From: a virus
Lineage: Duplodnaviria; Caudoviricetes
Reading direction: 5' to 3' (one strand)
IMG/VR virus record: IMGVR_UViG_3300029288_000115
Coordinates: 1 to 64,000 of that record
Length of the DNA stretch: 64,000 nucleotides
Shown here: piece after piece, positions 9,624 through 20,494 of the stretch
Position numbering within the stretch: position 1 is the stretch's first letter
Layout: each line of letters opens with the position of its first letter
Made by a program: the position numbers and the translations under genes
Notes under the pieces: model-generated
Database searches by the model: none
Told to the model about the DNA's origin: nothing
What the model saw: only the letters and a program-made list of their open reading frames with translations

Positions 9624-10816
9624 TACATTGTCCTCTTATTTGGAGCTTTTACCAAAGATGTCATTTCTCCAGTATCCATACCATTTCGAGTTAAAAAAAG
9701 CTTGGTTCGATGCGTTTTTCCAAACATATGCTTAACCTGTCTTACAACCCAATACCCAGCATATACATAACTACTACCCCCTTCTAAAGCGCTTTGTGGA
9801 AAAATTAAAAATATGACATCACCAGGGCACATATTTATAATACCCCACGTTAAAATAGACATCTTTACTAAACCAAAAATTCGCTCATAATATTTTGCAT
9901 AAGCGCGTCCTTTAAAATCCTCAGTAAATTGGTTGCTTCTTCCTGGCCAAGTTAATAACGATCGAGAAAACTTGTCTTCGGCATCAATTCCAAAATAATC
10001 AGTCAAAGAATAAAAATAATCAAGCGTTGCTTCCTCCTCAACAACCTCTCCAGTTACATCATTAAAATACTTATAATCTAAAGTCTCACCACCAAATGCA
10101 CTAAGCATCATAAAGTCGTCATAAATTTTATAATCAAACACAGGATAAAAATCTTCAAATTGTATATCGCTAATAGCAAATCTAGCTATTTCTGGCCCAC
10201 TAATTAACTCTTTTAAACTTCTACAAACAAAAATACTTTTTCCATTTCTCTGCTTAATAAAAATCTGAAAGGCATAATTATCTTGTAATCCGGCTAGGTT
10301 GCTCTTTAAATAACGTAATAACTTAATGTTGCTCCACCACGGCTGAATGATAGATTTAACATAATTTAAACTAGGACTAACATCTGTCTCATCACATTTT
10401 AACTCCTCAATTGCCATTTTCTCCAAAAATTCTTTAATTGTCTGACCTTCCTCACTTGCTCGGCAATAGGGGGGGTCAAATAAATAATCTTTATCCAAGA
10501 CCCCAGAAATATCATATACAACAGAAGTTCCAAACTCTGCCACGGGCTGTCTCTTATAACCCCTAAAATTAAAAGAATTATAAAAATCAGCAGCAACAGA
10601 AGAAGATATCTGTACTGAAATCTTACTTAAATTCTTATCAAAAGGTATTCGATGCGTAACATGTCCACCAGCATCCTCAATCTTAAGTCTAAACGTAGGT
10701 AAAAACTGCGTCATATCCTGCACAATAGTAAAATCCCTTAATAATGAAATATCAAGAGGTACTTCAGTTTCCCCAAATTTTAAATTCAAATTGTAATTAC
10801 CTAAAACACCAATCAT
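9623..10816 (-). CDS. Baseplate hub protein (gp27-like)
   Basis: Synteny; C-terminal PGD...YAGYWVVRQVKH motif. Confidence 0.65.
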   Translation of the reverse strand: MIGVLGNYNLNLKFGETEVPLDISLLRDFTIVQDMTQFLPTFRLKIEDAGGHVTHRIPFDKNLSKISVQISSSVAADFYNSFNFRGYKRQPVAEFGTSVVYDISGVLDKDYLFDPPYCRASEEGQTIKEFLEKMAIEELKCDETDVSPSLNYVKSIIQPWWSNIKLLRYLKSNLAGLQDNYAFQIFIKQRNGKSIFVCRSLKELISGPEIARFAISDIQFEDFYPVFDYKIYDDFMMLSAFGGETLDYKYFNDVTGEVVEEEATLDYFYSLTDYFGIDAEDKFSRSLLTWPGRSNQFTEDFKGRAYAKYYERIFGLVKMSILTWGIINMCPGDVIFLIFPQSALEGGSSYVYAGYWVVRQVKHMFGKTHRTKLFLTRNGMDTGEMTSLVKAPNKRTM

Positions 10817-11118
10817 CGAAGTTTATATTTCTTATAAAAGTTATAGACATCAATTAAATTCGGTATCTGTAATAGCTGACCAAGTGTTAACTCACTAAAA
10901 GGATCGCCAATCCCATTAACATATAATATCAACCACCAGTATCTCACCGTGCCATAATTTTTATAGCTAATAGTATCTGGTCTCATCAAATCAGTTGCGT
11001 TAACTCTATAATATGAAGGCTCATATTTCATCTTAAATCCAGATAACGTATGATGCAAATAATCTAATTGTTCCACACCATCAACCGTAACCTTAGTATA
11101 GAATTTTGTTCTATCCAC
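10813..11118 (-). CDS. Baseplate wedge gp53-like / LysM-type protein
   Basis: RPDTISYKNYG..YWWLILYVNGI.DP...GQLLQIP. Confidence 0.8.
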   Translation of the reverse strand: MDRTKFYTKVTVDGVEQLDYLHHTLSGFKMKYEPSYYRVNATDLMRPDTISYKNYGTVRYWWLILYVNGIGDPFSELTLGQLLQIPNLIDVYNFYKKYKLR

Positions 11119-12019
11119 GAAACACCTTTTCTAAACCGGTTTTAGTAAGAATTTCATAGGTTTCAAAAGTCACATTAACAGTTGCTCCAATAGGATAACC
11201 CTTCTCATCTACTCTAGTATCAAAAATGGGCGTTACCTCTTTAATAATTACACTATCAAATAATAAATATTTTCCAACATATATTGTAATTCTATCTCCA
11301 GCCGTTAAATGCTCAGAAAGCTCAGCAGCCCCAGGCACCCCTAAGCGCGCAGCCGTTGTTAAAGCGGCCTGAATTCTATTTATAGTCTCCGTAGAATAAA
11401 ATGCCGAAGGTCCCGGGGGTATTAATAATTTCATCGACCCCTGTAATTCATCTGGTAGGCATAACCATAATAAATCCCTACAAGGTATTATCACATCATT
11501 ATAAGCACTTTCAACGGCCTCAAATTTTAAAGTTAAAGTAATCGCTACGGGGGATGTTCCTTTCCATATTCTCCTACTAGTAAATCTAACAAGTAAAGAC
11601 ATTCCAGTAGCGGCTTGCGAGACAGCATTAACTGCATTGCTTAACCAGTCCAAAGGCACAAATGGCGCCCATTCAGAGGTTGCTCGTAATGCTATTTTAT
11701 CCTGTAAAGCAGCCGTAATGCTTCTACCAGCACTGTTTAAAGAAGTACTTAAAACCTTTACCGTATAATGATCAGAAAGGGCATCTCCATCTGGAGCCAA
11801 GCCATTAACTCCACCAACAAAACCGGAAATAGTATTACCAGCACCAAACTGAAAGCTGGCTATTTGTCTCTTTATACCTGGGAGATCTCGAGATAAGTCG
11901 GTTAGAACAGAAGTTATTTTCTGCAATGAAGGTTGCTCGTATATAGTGTCTATATAGTTCCCCATTAATTTTTTCAACTGACTTTTTTGTGTTATATCTG
12001 CAATATTCTCAATAGGCAT
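11111..12019 (-). CDS. Baseplate-tube junction protein (gp48-like)
   Basis: Synteny between tape measure and gp53; G.PI.A.V.VTF C-terminus. Confidence 0.45.
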   Translation of the reverse strand: MPIENIADITQKSQLKKLMGNYIDTIYEQPSLQKITSVLTDLSRDLPGIKRQIASFQFGAGNTISGFVGGVNGLAPDGDALSDHYTVKVLSTSLNSAGRSITAALQDKIALRATSEWAPFVPLDWLSNAVNAVSQAATGMSLLVRFTSRRIWKGTSPVAITLTLKFEAVESAYNDVIIPCRDLLWLCLPDELQGSMKLLIPPGPSAFYSTETINRIQAALTTAARLGVPGAAELSEHLTAGDRITIYVGKYLLFDSVIIKEVTPIFDTRVDEKGYPIGATVNVTFETYEILTKTGLEKVFRG

Positions 12020-12022
12020 ATT

Positions 12023-14056
12023 CTACTCCAAGGGTTCTAAATTACCCCGACTTAATAATGACACCTCTGAATCTATACCACCCATACCACCTGTTTCTTG
12101 CAAAGGGGAACCTCGAGGCACTAAAGTCTTAAGAACCATAAGAAATTCCTCCATAGTTCTTAAAGTGCCTTCAGTTAATACCTGAATTGAATTAGCTAAT
12201 ATTCTTGAACCCTCCAAAAATTCTGTTTCCATTCTAGGCTCAATTCTGTCAGAGCCTTTAGCTAATACCTTTACCGTTTCCCCTTCAAATTTCTTTAATG
12301 CTGATACAACATCCCCACTCCATTCCTTTACCATTTCTCGAGTTTCATCTCCACTTCCTTTTGCTATATCAATAACCTTACCTTCCCAGGTTTTGTTAAA
12401 GCCTAACTTCAATAAAACGCCTTTAGTTAACCTATCAATCTTATCCCCAACTGTTGCAACGGAAGTAGCTATTTTTTCACCACCAAATAAATGTCCAATT
12501 TCCATCATTAAACTTTCAGTAAAAGCAGAAGCCGCAGGTCCAAAAGCCTGCATTGCTGGGATGGTTGCTCCAACCACTTTTCCGGTCATTCCTGGAATCT
12601 GTCTTTCTATAATCTCACGAGTAGCCATAGGATTGACCGCGCCAGTATATCCTAATCCAAAGCCTTTCTTTCCTCCTCGACGAGTAATCTCTACTGCTTC
12701 CTCTTTAGTTATACCATAATCTAAAGCGCCTCGATCTACTCCACCTAATAGAGCACCAGTATATCCAGCGGCTTTAAGACCTTTAGGTATACGATCTCCC
12801 TTCTGTATCCAAAACCATTCTCGAATTTTATCTTCAGCCTGACTAAGGTCTTCCAATAAAGCATCCATACCTTCCCTAGCAAGTAAGGAAGAACCAATCG
12901 CCGTAGCAATCGCAGCAACTGCCCCACCAATCGTTGTTAACGTAGCCATTGGAAGTATACCAAAAAGTCCACCTTTCTCTTCAACACCTCGTTTTGCTAT
13001 CTTTTCTAAAAGTTCCTTAACTTCTCTAGTCCATTTTACTTTATCTGCAACCTTATCATAAAAAAATCTGAGACCTTCGATGTTTTGCTTCAAAGCAATA
13101 TCAGAAATTTTCTTTGATGTTCGAGGTTCATAAACTCCTGGAACTTCATGTGCTGGGGGAGCAACCTCTTCTGGAACTTCAGCATAAGGAAATCTTTCTG
13201 GTACCGTTGCTTGCTGCTCGTCTCTTCTATAAAATTGAGGTTCTTCTCGATATGTTGGAGCCCTATACCGTTGTCGACGGGGATATCCCATTCCTCCAAG
13301 CTCTCTTTCATAAGCATATGGTCTAAGGGGTATTCTTCCAGGAGCTTCAAAAGTCTGGCGATATCGTCTAAAAGACTCTTCGGGTGAATACTTAGATCGA
13401 GGTATTAATATTTCGGATAAAGCCCTTTCCCGCATTCTAATCTTCTTTTCCCTAATATCCTTCACAATACCTGTTATCCCTTCCACAGCCATCCGGGCTA
13501 TAGGCGCAAAAGGCCCAGTCACAGCCGTGAGTAAACCTGTTCCAAGACCCTTCACGGTTTGTGTTAATTCAGGAGCTACTCTACTTGTGTACCTACCAAA
13601 GCCCTCTTTTTCTGGTTTAAATTCTTTTAACCTCTTAAAGGCAAATACATTAGCAGTTTTAAACTCATTTAATGATGTCCCAGTTTTAGCCTGTATCGTT
13701 GCAAGGTTCTGAGCAAAAATGCTGCTTTCTTCAATCTTGGTTTTAAAAAACTGTACCTCCTCATCAACAATAGACATATTCTTATATAGCCTTTCAATAT
13801 GTTCTTTTGTTGCTGGTCGGCCTTCCCTACCTAATACAGCCCCAATATCCTGAACTATTAATCTACAAGTATCAGCTAAATTTTTTATCCTATATTTATA
13901 GTTCTGTACATCAGAGGTTCCCGATAATTCCATTAAAAAAGGAATATAATCCTCAGAATATTTCTCTTGTATATTTCTTAATAGAGCCACCCCCCCAGGC
14001 GAAAAAATTTTAAACCCCTCTTTTAGATAAGATTTTCTCCATCCAAACTCAGGCAT
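12023..14056 (-). CDS. Probable tape measure protein
   Basis: 677 aa, helical, Gly/Ala-rich hydrophobic stretches; follows the chaperone genes. Confidence 0.55.
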   Translation of the reverse strand: MPEFGWRKSYLKEGFKIFSPGGVALLRNIQEKYSEDYIPFLMELSGTSDVQNYKYRIKNLADTCRLIVQDIGAVLGREGRPATKEHIERLYKNMSIVDEEVQFFKTKIEESSIFAQNLATIQAKTGTSLNEFKTANVFAFKRLKEFKPEKEGFGRYTSRVAPELTQTVKGLGTGLLTAVTGPFAPIARMAVEGITGIVKDIREKKIRMRERALSEILIPRSKYSPEESFRRYRQTFEAPGRIPLRPYAYERELGGMGYPRRQRYRAPTYREEPQFYRRDEQQATVPERFPYAEVPEEVAPPAHEVPGVYEPRTSKKISDIALKQNIEGLRFFYDKVADKVKWTREVKELLEKIAKRGVEEKGGLFGILPMATLTTIGGAVAAIATAIGSSLLAREGMDALLEDLSQAEDKIREWFWIQKGDRIPKGLKAAGYTGALLGGVDRGALDYGITKEEAVEITRRGGKKGFGLGYTGAVNPMATREIIERQIPGMTGKVVGATIPAMQAFGPAASAFTESLMMEIGHLFGGEKIATSVATVGDKIDRLTKGVLLKLGFNKTWEGKVIDIAKGSGDETREMVKEWSGDVVSALKKFEGETVKVLAKGSDRIEPRMETEFLEGSRILANSIQVLTEGTLRTMEEFLMVLKTLVPRGSPLQETGGMGGIDSEVSLLSRGNLEPLE

Positions 14057-14307
14057 TAATATTGTCCTTTCCTCTTCTTCTTTATGGACTTACTTTCTTT
14101 TTCTTTGACATCTTTTAGCCAACCATGTTTCCATCTAACTTCACTTATATCCATTTTATCAATATCTGATTGGGCCATATGCATATAATAATGTAACTCA
14201 CACTCCATCCGCAAAAGCTCTTTTAAGGGCATACCCATATGGAAAAAGCATTTCAAGTCGAAAGGGTACGGCAATTTTGCCGTTTCCTCCGCACTTTGAG
14301 CATTCAT
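14056..14307 (-). CDS. gp51-like / tail assembly chaperone C-terminal part; possible -1 frameshift extension of the upstream gene
   Basis: Overlaps the upstream gene by 110 nt in the -1 frame; ID.M..SE..W motif. Confidence 0.45.
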   Translation of the reverse strand: MNAQSAEETAKLPYPFDLKCFFHMGMPLKELLRMECELHYYMHMAQSDIDKMDISEVRWKHGWLKDVKEKESKSIKKKRKGQY

Positions 14308-14920
14308 ATACAGAAGACATCACAGGACCATGATCATACTTTTCTTGAAAAGCTCTAATTTTTGCCACATCTCTAACATCCAAAGCTTCCAGAAATTCCA
14401 TATTATCCAATACCTTTTTATCATTAACAATTGACAAAGCATATCGATACAACCACGAGTTATGTCCTGCCTTTTCAAAATCAGCTACCTTTATTTCATC
14501 CTCAATTGTAAGTAATCTCACATTAATCGTTGAGCCACTACTTAAAGTGAGAGTATAAGGTTGATGAAAATCATCTGGAAGTTCTAAAACTTCAAATTTA
14601 GCTAAATCCACCACATATTCTATTTTTTGTAAGCAAACCTGGCATATAAATTCGACTGGGAAGTCCTTTGAATAAGAGTTTATGGCTAGCCAGACCATAA
14701 TAAATCTTCTATCCCCCAAAGTCATTTTTTTAACGTCCATTCCAATAATAACTTTAGTCATTAGATCTAAAAACTTTCGGTCAATATTATCATAAGTTAT
14801 TTCAGCAATAAGCTTTTCGTCTTTTCCCTTTAATACGCGAATTTTTACAGCAGTAGGGTCAACATTATCGTAGGTTTTAAACTTCGAAGGCAAAGCTAAC
14901 GGCGTGTAATTCTGTTCCAT
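14198..14920 (-). CDS. Baseplate hub assembly protein / tail chaperone (gp26-like)
   Basis: LPS...DEK...GDR..I...CQVC...RLLT..DE...CSKCG. Confidence 0.75.
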   Translation of the reverse strand: MEQNYTPLALPSKFKTYDNVDPTAVKIRVLKGKDEKLIAEITYDNIDRKFLDLMTKVIIGMDVKKMTLGDRRFIMVWLAINSYSKDFPVEFICQVCLQKIEYVVDLAKFEVLELPDDFHQPYTLTLSSGSTINVRLLTIEDEIKVADFEKAGHNSWLYRYALSIVNDKKVLDNMEFLEALDVRDVAKIRAFQEKYDHGPVMSSVYECSKCGGNGKIAVPFRLEMLFPYGYALKRAFADGV

Positions 14921-14955
14921 AAGATTCCTCCTTCTTTTTGTTTTGTAAGAAGTTC

Positions 14956-15489
14956 TTACTCTCTTGTGACTTTATCAACATTAAACTCAATAATATATTT
15001 AGCAATTTCCTCTCTCATGTAAGATACGTCATATGCCGGAAAAGTTTTAGGAAAAACACCTTGAAGCTTAAGACGATAGCTTTCCTGACCATTAGTATCA
15101 TACATTATATACCTTATGGTTTTGGCATAATTATTCTTAGGATAAAAAAATCCTTGGTCACTAACGATTAATTTCTTCCACGCCAAAAAATATTCAGCAA
15201 CAAGATTTGGAACAGGAACTAAAAAAACCGCAATTAAACTCTCAATATCAAAAAATCCTGCATAACCTTTTCTAAATGCCCCATATCTAATACTAGAAAC
15301 TTCTTGCATATTATAATCACCAAATTTCACATCTTGACAGAACTTACCAATATCATAACCAGATACGCCAGCATATACATCATCTGGAAGCATTAACTCC
15401 CATAGATAGGTTCTCTGAAACCTTGGAGATCCACCAAATATCTCAATTGCCTTTGTTTGCATTTTTAATACCATCTCGTATCCTTCCAA
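14956..15489 (-). CDS. Tail tube-like protein (gp54-like tube initiator)
   Basis: Paralogous to the tube gene (RTYLWEL..P...GVFP); true start may be a downstream ATG. Confidence 0.65.
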   Translation of the reverse strand: MEGYEMVLKMQTKAIEIFGGSPRFQRTYLWELMLPDDVYAGVSGYDIGKFCQDVKFGDYNMQEVSSIRYGAFRKGYAGFFDIESLIAVFLVPVPNLVAEYFLAWKKLIVSDQGFFYPKNNYAKTIRYIMYDTNGQESYRLKLQGVFPKTFPAYDVSYMREEIAKYIIEFNVDKVTRE

Positions 15490-15776
15490 TCAGACCACAA
15501 ATTATTTCTATAACAAACCAAAAGGCACAAAAAATACTAAATATTATCACAGAAACTATCCGATATAACCATAACACAACACACATATCTTTAGCTGTTC
15601 TCAATAATTTCATCAATGTAGATTGCCAAATCACTTTTAACTGTGTGAATAATATAATCTTCTAAAGTCAAAGATTTCAGATCTGGAAAGTGTTCTTTAG
15701 CTGTCTCAAAATCTTCATTAATGTCATCTGGTAAATTAATAATCATGTACCTTTCCCATCTTCAAAGACTATTGGT

Positions 15777-16289
15777 TTATTGTGCTTCCCATCGATCAAA
15801 AGAAAATGTTACTGGATATTTTATACTATCTTCCGTCTCATAATTTAAAGCCACCTCTCCAACCTCTTGAGGATAACAACCAACAAGCTTTATTTTTAGA
15901 GCCTCATCTCCCTTCGTTGTTAATAAAGTTAAATATAAATCTTGTTTGATTTCCGTATCACCCTCACCAATATTCTCATAATCATTAATAACAGACTGAT
16001 TCCAAGCGTGGATAGCATCAAATATCTTCTTATCTTCTCCTTCGATAAACGTACACGCCCAGATTTGAGAATACGTCAGCTTTCCTGGAAATTTTAAGCC
16101 AGCTGACTGCTTAAATGGAACCTTAATCTCTCCAAAACTTCTACCGGGCACATTAGTAGACTGACATCTTAACGTTAATGTTTCACTATCTCCGCCACCA
16201 ATGGGGTTGGGTATTATCATTTCCCATAAGTAGGTTCTTGCGGGATTCGTTAAATTATTCTTAAGAGCGTTTACTCCCATTTCAGCCAT
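15777..16289 (-). CDS. Tail tube protein (gp19-like)
   Basis: PARTYLWEM...PG...W..TF...GCYP..V...L. Confidence 0.85.
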   Translation of the reverse strand: MAEMGVNALKNNLTNPARTYLWEMIIPNPIGGGDSETLTLRCQSTNVPGRSFGEIKVPFKQSAGLKFPGKLTYSQIWACTFIEGEDKKIFDAIHAWNQSVINDYENIGEGDTEIKQDLYLTLLTTKGDEALKIKLVGCYPQEVGEVALNYETEDSIKYPVTFSFDRWEAQ

Positions 16290-16317
16290 AGTACTTCCTC
16301 CTATCTATATTTTTATC

Positions 16318-17907
16318 TTACCACATAATACCACGACTAATTAACTCCTCAAAGGAAGCTCCACGAGTTGTTACAATAGCTTGCAGTTGAATGAATTCAG
16401 CAGCCGCAGCAGGTTTAATAAATAAATCAACGTGTAATTCATTGGCAGCAATTGTTGCAGGAGTGTTATTCGTTGTATCACATAAAACTCTATACCCTTT
16501 GTCACCAGCCTCAACGGAAAAAGCGTTACTTGCTGAGAGCTTATCTAAATATTCCTCACAAGTAGCCACCACCCTAAATCTCGTGACCTCTGTATTTGGC
16601 TCAAAGCAATAATACCTCAAAGCAGCTGCTATAGTCTTCTCTATTGTAATTAAAAGTCGACGAACGTTGACTCTATCCAAAGCAGAAGCTTTAGTCTGCT
16701 CTGTCTTTTGTCCCCAGACCACAATACCTTCCCCTCTAAATGTCTGTAAAGGGTTAATCTGATCTTCATACAAAGAATCTCTCTCACCTTGAGTAAATAT
16801 ATTTGTTAATCCAGAAACGTTTAATATGCCTCGATTAAAACCAGCAGGAGCATACCAAGGATTTGCTACATAATCATTATAAACCATAGCCGAAGCCACA
16901 TATCCAGAAGGCGGAGCGTCAACGATAATGTCATTCCACTGATCATAAATTTGAACCCATGGAGAATATAATGCTACATAACTACTATTAAAGTTCTGAG
17001 TTGTTGTTCTCCAGTTAATCATTGCAGCAACACTTGCCAATTCATCATATGGAACATCCAAAATTGCTACACAATCCTTTCGTGCTTCAGCAACCTCTTT
17101 AATCTTTGTCTGAACCGCCAAATCGGTTTCTCCACCATTGATTAAAAGACGAATATCAACCTCATCAGGATTTATAAATTTATTCCAACCAGCAACTAAC
17201 TCAGACGAAGTAATGGCATTTCCATTACTACCACCCGCAAATTGTAAAGTTGCAACAACTGGGGGCATCACAGTATCAGCCATGGCAATATTATCAGCAA
17301 CCGTAATGTATTTACTATAGCCATTAATCTTTGTCTCTAAATACATCTGCTTGCCATATCCATCAACCTTAGTTTTTCTCGATACCGTCCAAACTTCTAC
17401 TACAACGTCATTTCCATCGACATCCTTCTCATAGACCGTAATATCAAACTCATAATTAACCGCATCGAGTTCACCAATCTTTATGCTAATAGAATTGTCC
17501 CAGGTTCCTGGGTCTTTTCCAAAAATCTGAAACAACACATCAGGATTGCTAGATTCCAACTGAAAGGTATTAGCGCTTCTTCCAGCACTAAAAGCTTCAC
17601 TAACATAGATAGATCCAGCCTTGACTATACTAACACCTCCATATAAAGCGCTTTTATGCACTCTATAACAATATAATCGAATTCCATTTTCAAGATATGC
17701 CAACGCCGAATAATGAAAGTAATCTCCAGGAGTAGGCTCACCATACTCCTGAATAAACTGTAACGGCGTTGTCACTAAAATAATATTATCAACGTCTCCT
17801 TTCGTTGAATATCCAACCAATGCCGCAGAGGTTTCGGCTATATTTGCAATAACGTCTGAAATGTCTTTTTCTTTTACATATACACCCGGTGATAAATAAA
17901 CGCCCAT
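16318..17907 (-). CDS. Tail sheath protein (gp18-like)
   Basis: YLSPGVYVKE...PPSG...PWYAPAGFNRG...WGQKT...RVNVRRL. Confidence 0.95.
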   Translation of the reverse strand: MGVYLSPGVYVKEKDISDVIANIAETSAALVGYSTKGDVDNIILVTTPLQFIQEYGEPTPGDYFHYSALAYLENGIRLYCYRVHKSALYGGVSIVKAGSIYVSEAFSAGRSANTFQLESSNPDVLFQIFGKDPGTWDNSISIKIGELDAVNYEFDITVYEKDVDGNDVVVEVWTVSRKTKVDGYGKQMYLETKINGYSKYITVADNIAMADTVMPPVVATLQFAGGSNGNAITSSELVAGWNKFINPDEVDIRLLINGGETDLAVQTKIKEVAEARKDCVAILDVPYDELASVAAMINWRTTTQNFNSSYVALYSPWVQIYDQWNDIIVDAPPSGYVASAMVYNDYVANPWYAPAGFNRGILNVSGLTNIFTQGERDSLYEDQINPLQTFRGEGIVVWGQKTEQTKASALDRVNVRRLLITIEKTIAAALRYYCFEPNTEVTRFRVVATCEEYLDKLSASNAFSVEAGDKGYRVLCDTTNNTPATIAANELHVDLFIKPAAAAEFIQLQAIVTTRGASFEELISRGIMW

Positions 17908-17943
17908 ACTGCACCTCCTATATAATTATCTTATTGTTATTGT

Positions 17944-18330
17944 TTATTTCAAAGCTCCTTGTAAATCCTTTGACAAATTAACTACAACAAAAAACTTATC
18001 AACATATTTTTTTCCATTTAATCCAACATACTCCCGAAACAATGTAACCTTATTCACATCCGTTCTCTCTATGTGCCATTTACCAAACGCTTGAAATAAA
18101 GTCGGATTCGAAATAGCCTTCAGAAACTCTCCTTGCGTAATCTTACTAACCTTTTTAGTCTCAGGATCAAAATGGCTTATTTCTACCTTCCCCCAAAAGG
18201 CTAAGCGCTCTAACCAAGCATCAAATGACTCATCAAATAAACAAGGTCTGACATCGGGTGTGGCAAAATTTTGGCGAGCTTGAGCAATACTTATACCTTC
18301 AAAAATTTGGTCAATTAAGCCTTTATACAT
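17944..18330 (-). CDS. Hypothetical protein with leader ending IFE
   Basis: ORF track; N-terminus MYKGLIDQIFE. Confidence 0.45.
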   Translation of the reverse strand: MYKGLIDQIFEGISIAQARQNFATPDVRPCLFDESFDAWLERLAFWGKVEISHFDPETKKVSKITQGEFLKAISNPTLFQAFGKWHIERTDVNKVTLFREYVGLNGKKYVDKFFVVVNLSKDLQGALK

Positions 18331-18992
18331 TACGATTCTACCTCACAAACTATTTCCTCTTCTGTTAATAGTTTATTCTCATCATATGTTTCGTCATAAA
18401 TTTTAAGAAAAATTTTCTTAATCACTTTAATCTCTGTAATTGCAGATAATACCCAACCATCAATATTAATTGGATATCTATGCACATAAAACGTTCCAAG
18501 ATCAAATTTTGATTCTATTGGTGATTCATCAGACACCTCTCCAAAATGCAAATCTAATTCTAAAGGATATAAGTCATTAACCAATATTTCTAAATTAGGG
18601 TTTTCTTGCTGCCAAAAAAGATACTCAACGGTTACAGCATTTAATTTATCAGCATCTCTACTCCATACCCACATATCATAATCCAAATCAACGGGGATGG
18701 CCTTAATATTTTTAGCATTAATGTATGAACCATTAGAGTAACCTAAATACATACCCCTTCGAGCTAGTGGTGTCCTTTGTCGTCTCCATGCTGGGCTTGT
18801 ACGCTGGCGCCAAAGATTTAGAAATTCCATTGAAACGTTGCCACGTTTCTCAGCCACTATTCTAACTGCGACATCTTTAGGATACAAAGCGGTGTCTTTC
18901 TTCCAATCATTTATTCCTAAAATGTCCTTAAACTTCCCATATGCTAAAGTTCTAAGACCCTCATCAATAACTCTTAATAAAGTGTCCGCCAT
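18330..18992 (-). CDS. Tail terminator / sheath stabiliser (gp15-like)
   Basis: IPVDLDYDM.VW motif; upstream of the sheath gene. Confidence 0.55.
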   Translation of the reverse strand: MADTLLRVIDEGLRTLAYGKFKDILGINDWKKDTALYPKDVAVRIVAEKRGNVSMEFLNLWRQRTSPAWRRQRTPLARRGMYLGYSNGSYINAKNIKAIPVDLDYDMWVWSRDADKLNAVTVEYLFWQQENPNLEILVNDLYPLELDLHFGEVSDESPIESKFDLGTFYVHRYPINIDGWVLSAITEIKVIKKIFLKIYDETYDENKLLTEEEIVCEVES

Positions 18993-19367
18993 AAGCCTTA
19001 CCCATCTTCATAGTTATTATTGCAAAAACCGTTAAGAGAATTTGCTTTATCTCAGCTTCATTATATTCTCGTAAGTTTGTCTTTTTCCATATTTGCAAAA
19101 AGTTAGTAAATGTTCCATATTCCTCAGAATTGGCGATAAAGAAGTCCCTTAAAAACTTTAAGGCCAATAATACCTTAACTTGATCTTTCATTAATAAGCG
19201 ATCGGCCTTATTGATTTTCATTTAGGTTCTCTTTTCCAACCACAATTGGGGTAACCTCAATAAGCTTAGATATCTTTTTCTTTTTTTTACTCTTATTTTT
19301 TTCTTCATCTTGTTTCTGATCAAATGAATCTGGCATAACCTCACTAATATCTACTCCTAATTTTGAT

Positions 19368-19838
19368 TTAACTTTCAATTCTTCGTCTCCTTGGAGCGCA
19401 CCTATAAGTCTTCAAAGCCACCTTATCATGCATTCCCCTAATTAATACGTCGACTATATCAAATTCCTCTGCATCAACATTATCTGGAATGAATTGGGGA
19501 TTTACCACAAAATAACTCCCAATGATAATATCCACCTCTGTTTCAGACCCATCGTCATTCTTTATAACATTACTAAACCAAGCTATAAGGGGTAACTCAT
19601 CCTCTGTATAAATACCAAGCTTTCTAAGTCTGGCCTGATTTGGAGCCCATTCCAAAAAAACCTTCGTAGTGTAATTGATATATTGATAATCCGAAGGCTT
19701 AATATATACATCATTCTGCTCAATAGTATCTAGATTAGTAGGTATATATAAAGTGCAATCTATACCATACGTATCTACACTTATATTCGTAAATTGTCTT
19801 AAACCATCTACTGTTTCTTGTGGTATCATTTTACTCAT
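19368..19838 (-). CDS. Neck / head closure protein (gp14-like)
   Basis: YGIDC.LYIP...LRKLG...DE; synteny. Confidence 0.55.
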   Translation of the reverse strand: MSKMIPQETVDGLRQFTNISVDTYGIDCTLYIPTNLDTIEQNDVYIKPSDYQYINYTTKVFLEWAPNQARLRKLGIYTEDELPLIAWFSNVIKNDDGSETEVDIIIGSYFVVNPQFIPDNVDAEEFDIVDVLIRGMHDKVALKTYRCAPRRRRIES

Positions 19839-19848
19839 AATTATAATC

Positions 19849-20115
19849 CTAAAAATATTTACTTAAAAATAAAACAGCCAAGGTAATTGCAGCAGGAATA
19901 GAACCCCCAACTAATCCCCATATTCCTGCTTTTACCTTTAATTGGGCCACATCCACTCTCAACTCATTTAGTGTAATATTTATCTCATCTATATGTTTTC
20001 CAACCTCAATTGCCCAATCTTTCCAAGTAAAGGGGCCTTTTTTCTGCGCGTCCTCACTAATATTATCTGAACTAAGAACCTTACCAAAATCGGCCTCAAA
20101 TTTGGGTGGAGCCAT
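19849..20115 (-). CDS. Small coiled-coil protein with C-terminal TM segment (holin-like, uncertain)
   Basis: LKVKAGIWGLVGGSIPAAITLAVLFL. Confidence 0.4.
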   Translation of the reverse strand: MAPPKFEADFGKVLSSDNISEDAQKKGPFTWKDWAIEVGKHIDEINITLNELRVDVAQLKVKAGIWGLVGGSIPAAITLAVLFLSKYF

Positions 20116-20494
20116 TTGGATAACCCTTTCCAGCCGGAATTGTTATAGCTATTAACCAAGTGTCTTCCTTAGCTTTTCCGGCATGTGTCATTCCAGGACT
20201 TATCGTAACATAATTAGTTGGGCCTAAATTTTTAGCATCATTCCCAATACAATGCTGTAAGTTCCCTTTATACACAATAAGATATTCCCAACAGCTATGC
20301 ATGTGTTCTGGAAATATTGTTCCTTTTGATAAAAACACTCTTTGTACGGCCACTTCGTCTTGTTTAAATAAACCAAAACCAAAGCATGTCCCAGACTCAA
20401 CCTTATACTCTACCCATGAAGATTGCGCCTTTCCAATTACTAAATCAGATAAGGGTATCAAAGCTTCTGCCATCTCTTTTAAATTACTTCCCAT
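20096..20494 (-). CDS. Cupin-domain protein
   Basis: PEHMH..WEYL.V..G...I.PG..H. Confidence 0.75.
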   Translation of the reverse strand: MGSNLKEMAEALIPLSDLVIGKAQSSWVEYKVESGTCFGFGLFKQDEVAVQRVFLSKGTIFPEHMHSCWEYLIVYKGNLQHCIGNDAKNLGPTNYVTISPGMTHAGKAKEDTWLIAITIPAGKGYPNGSTQI

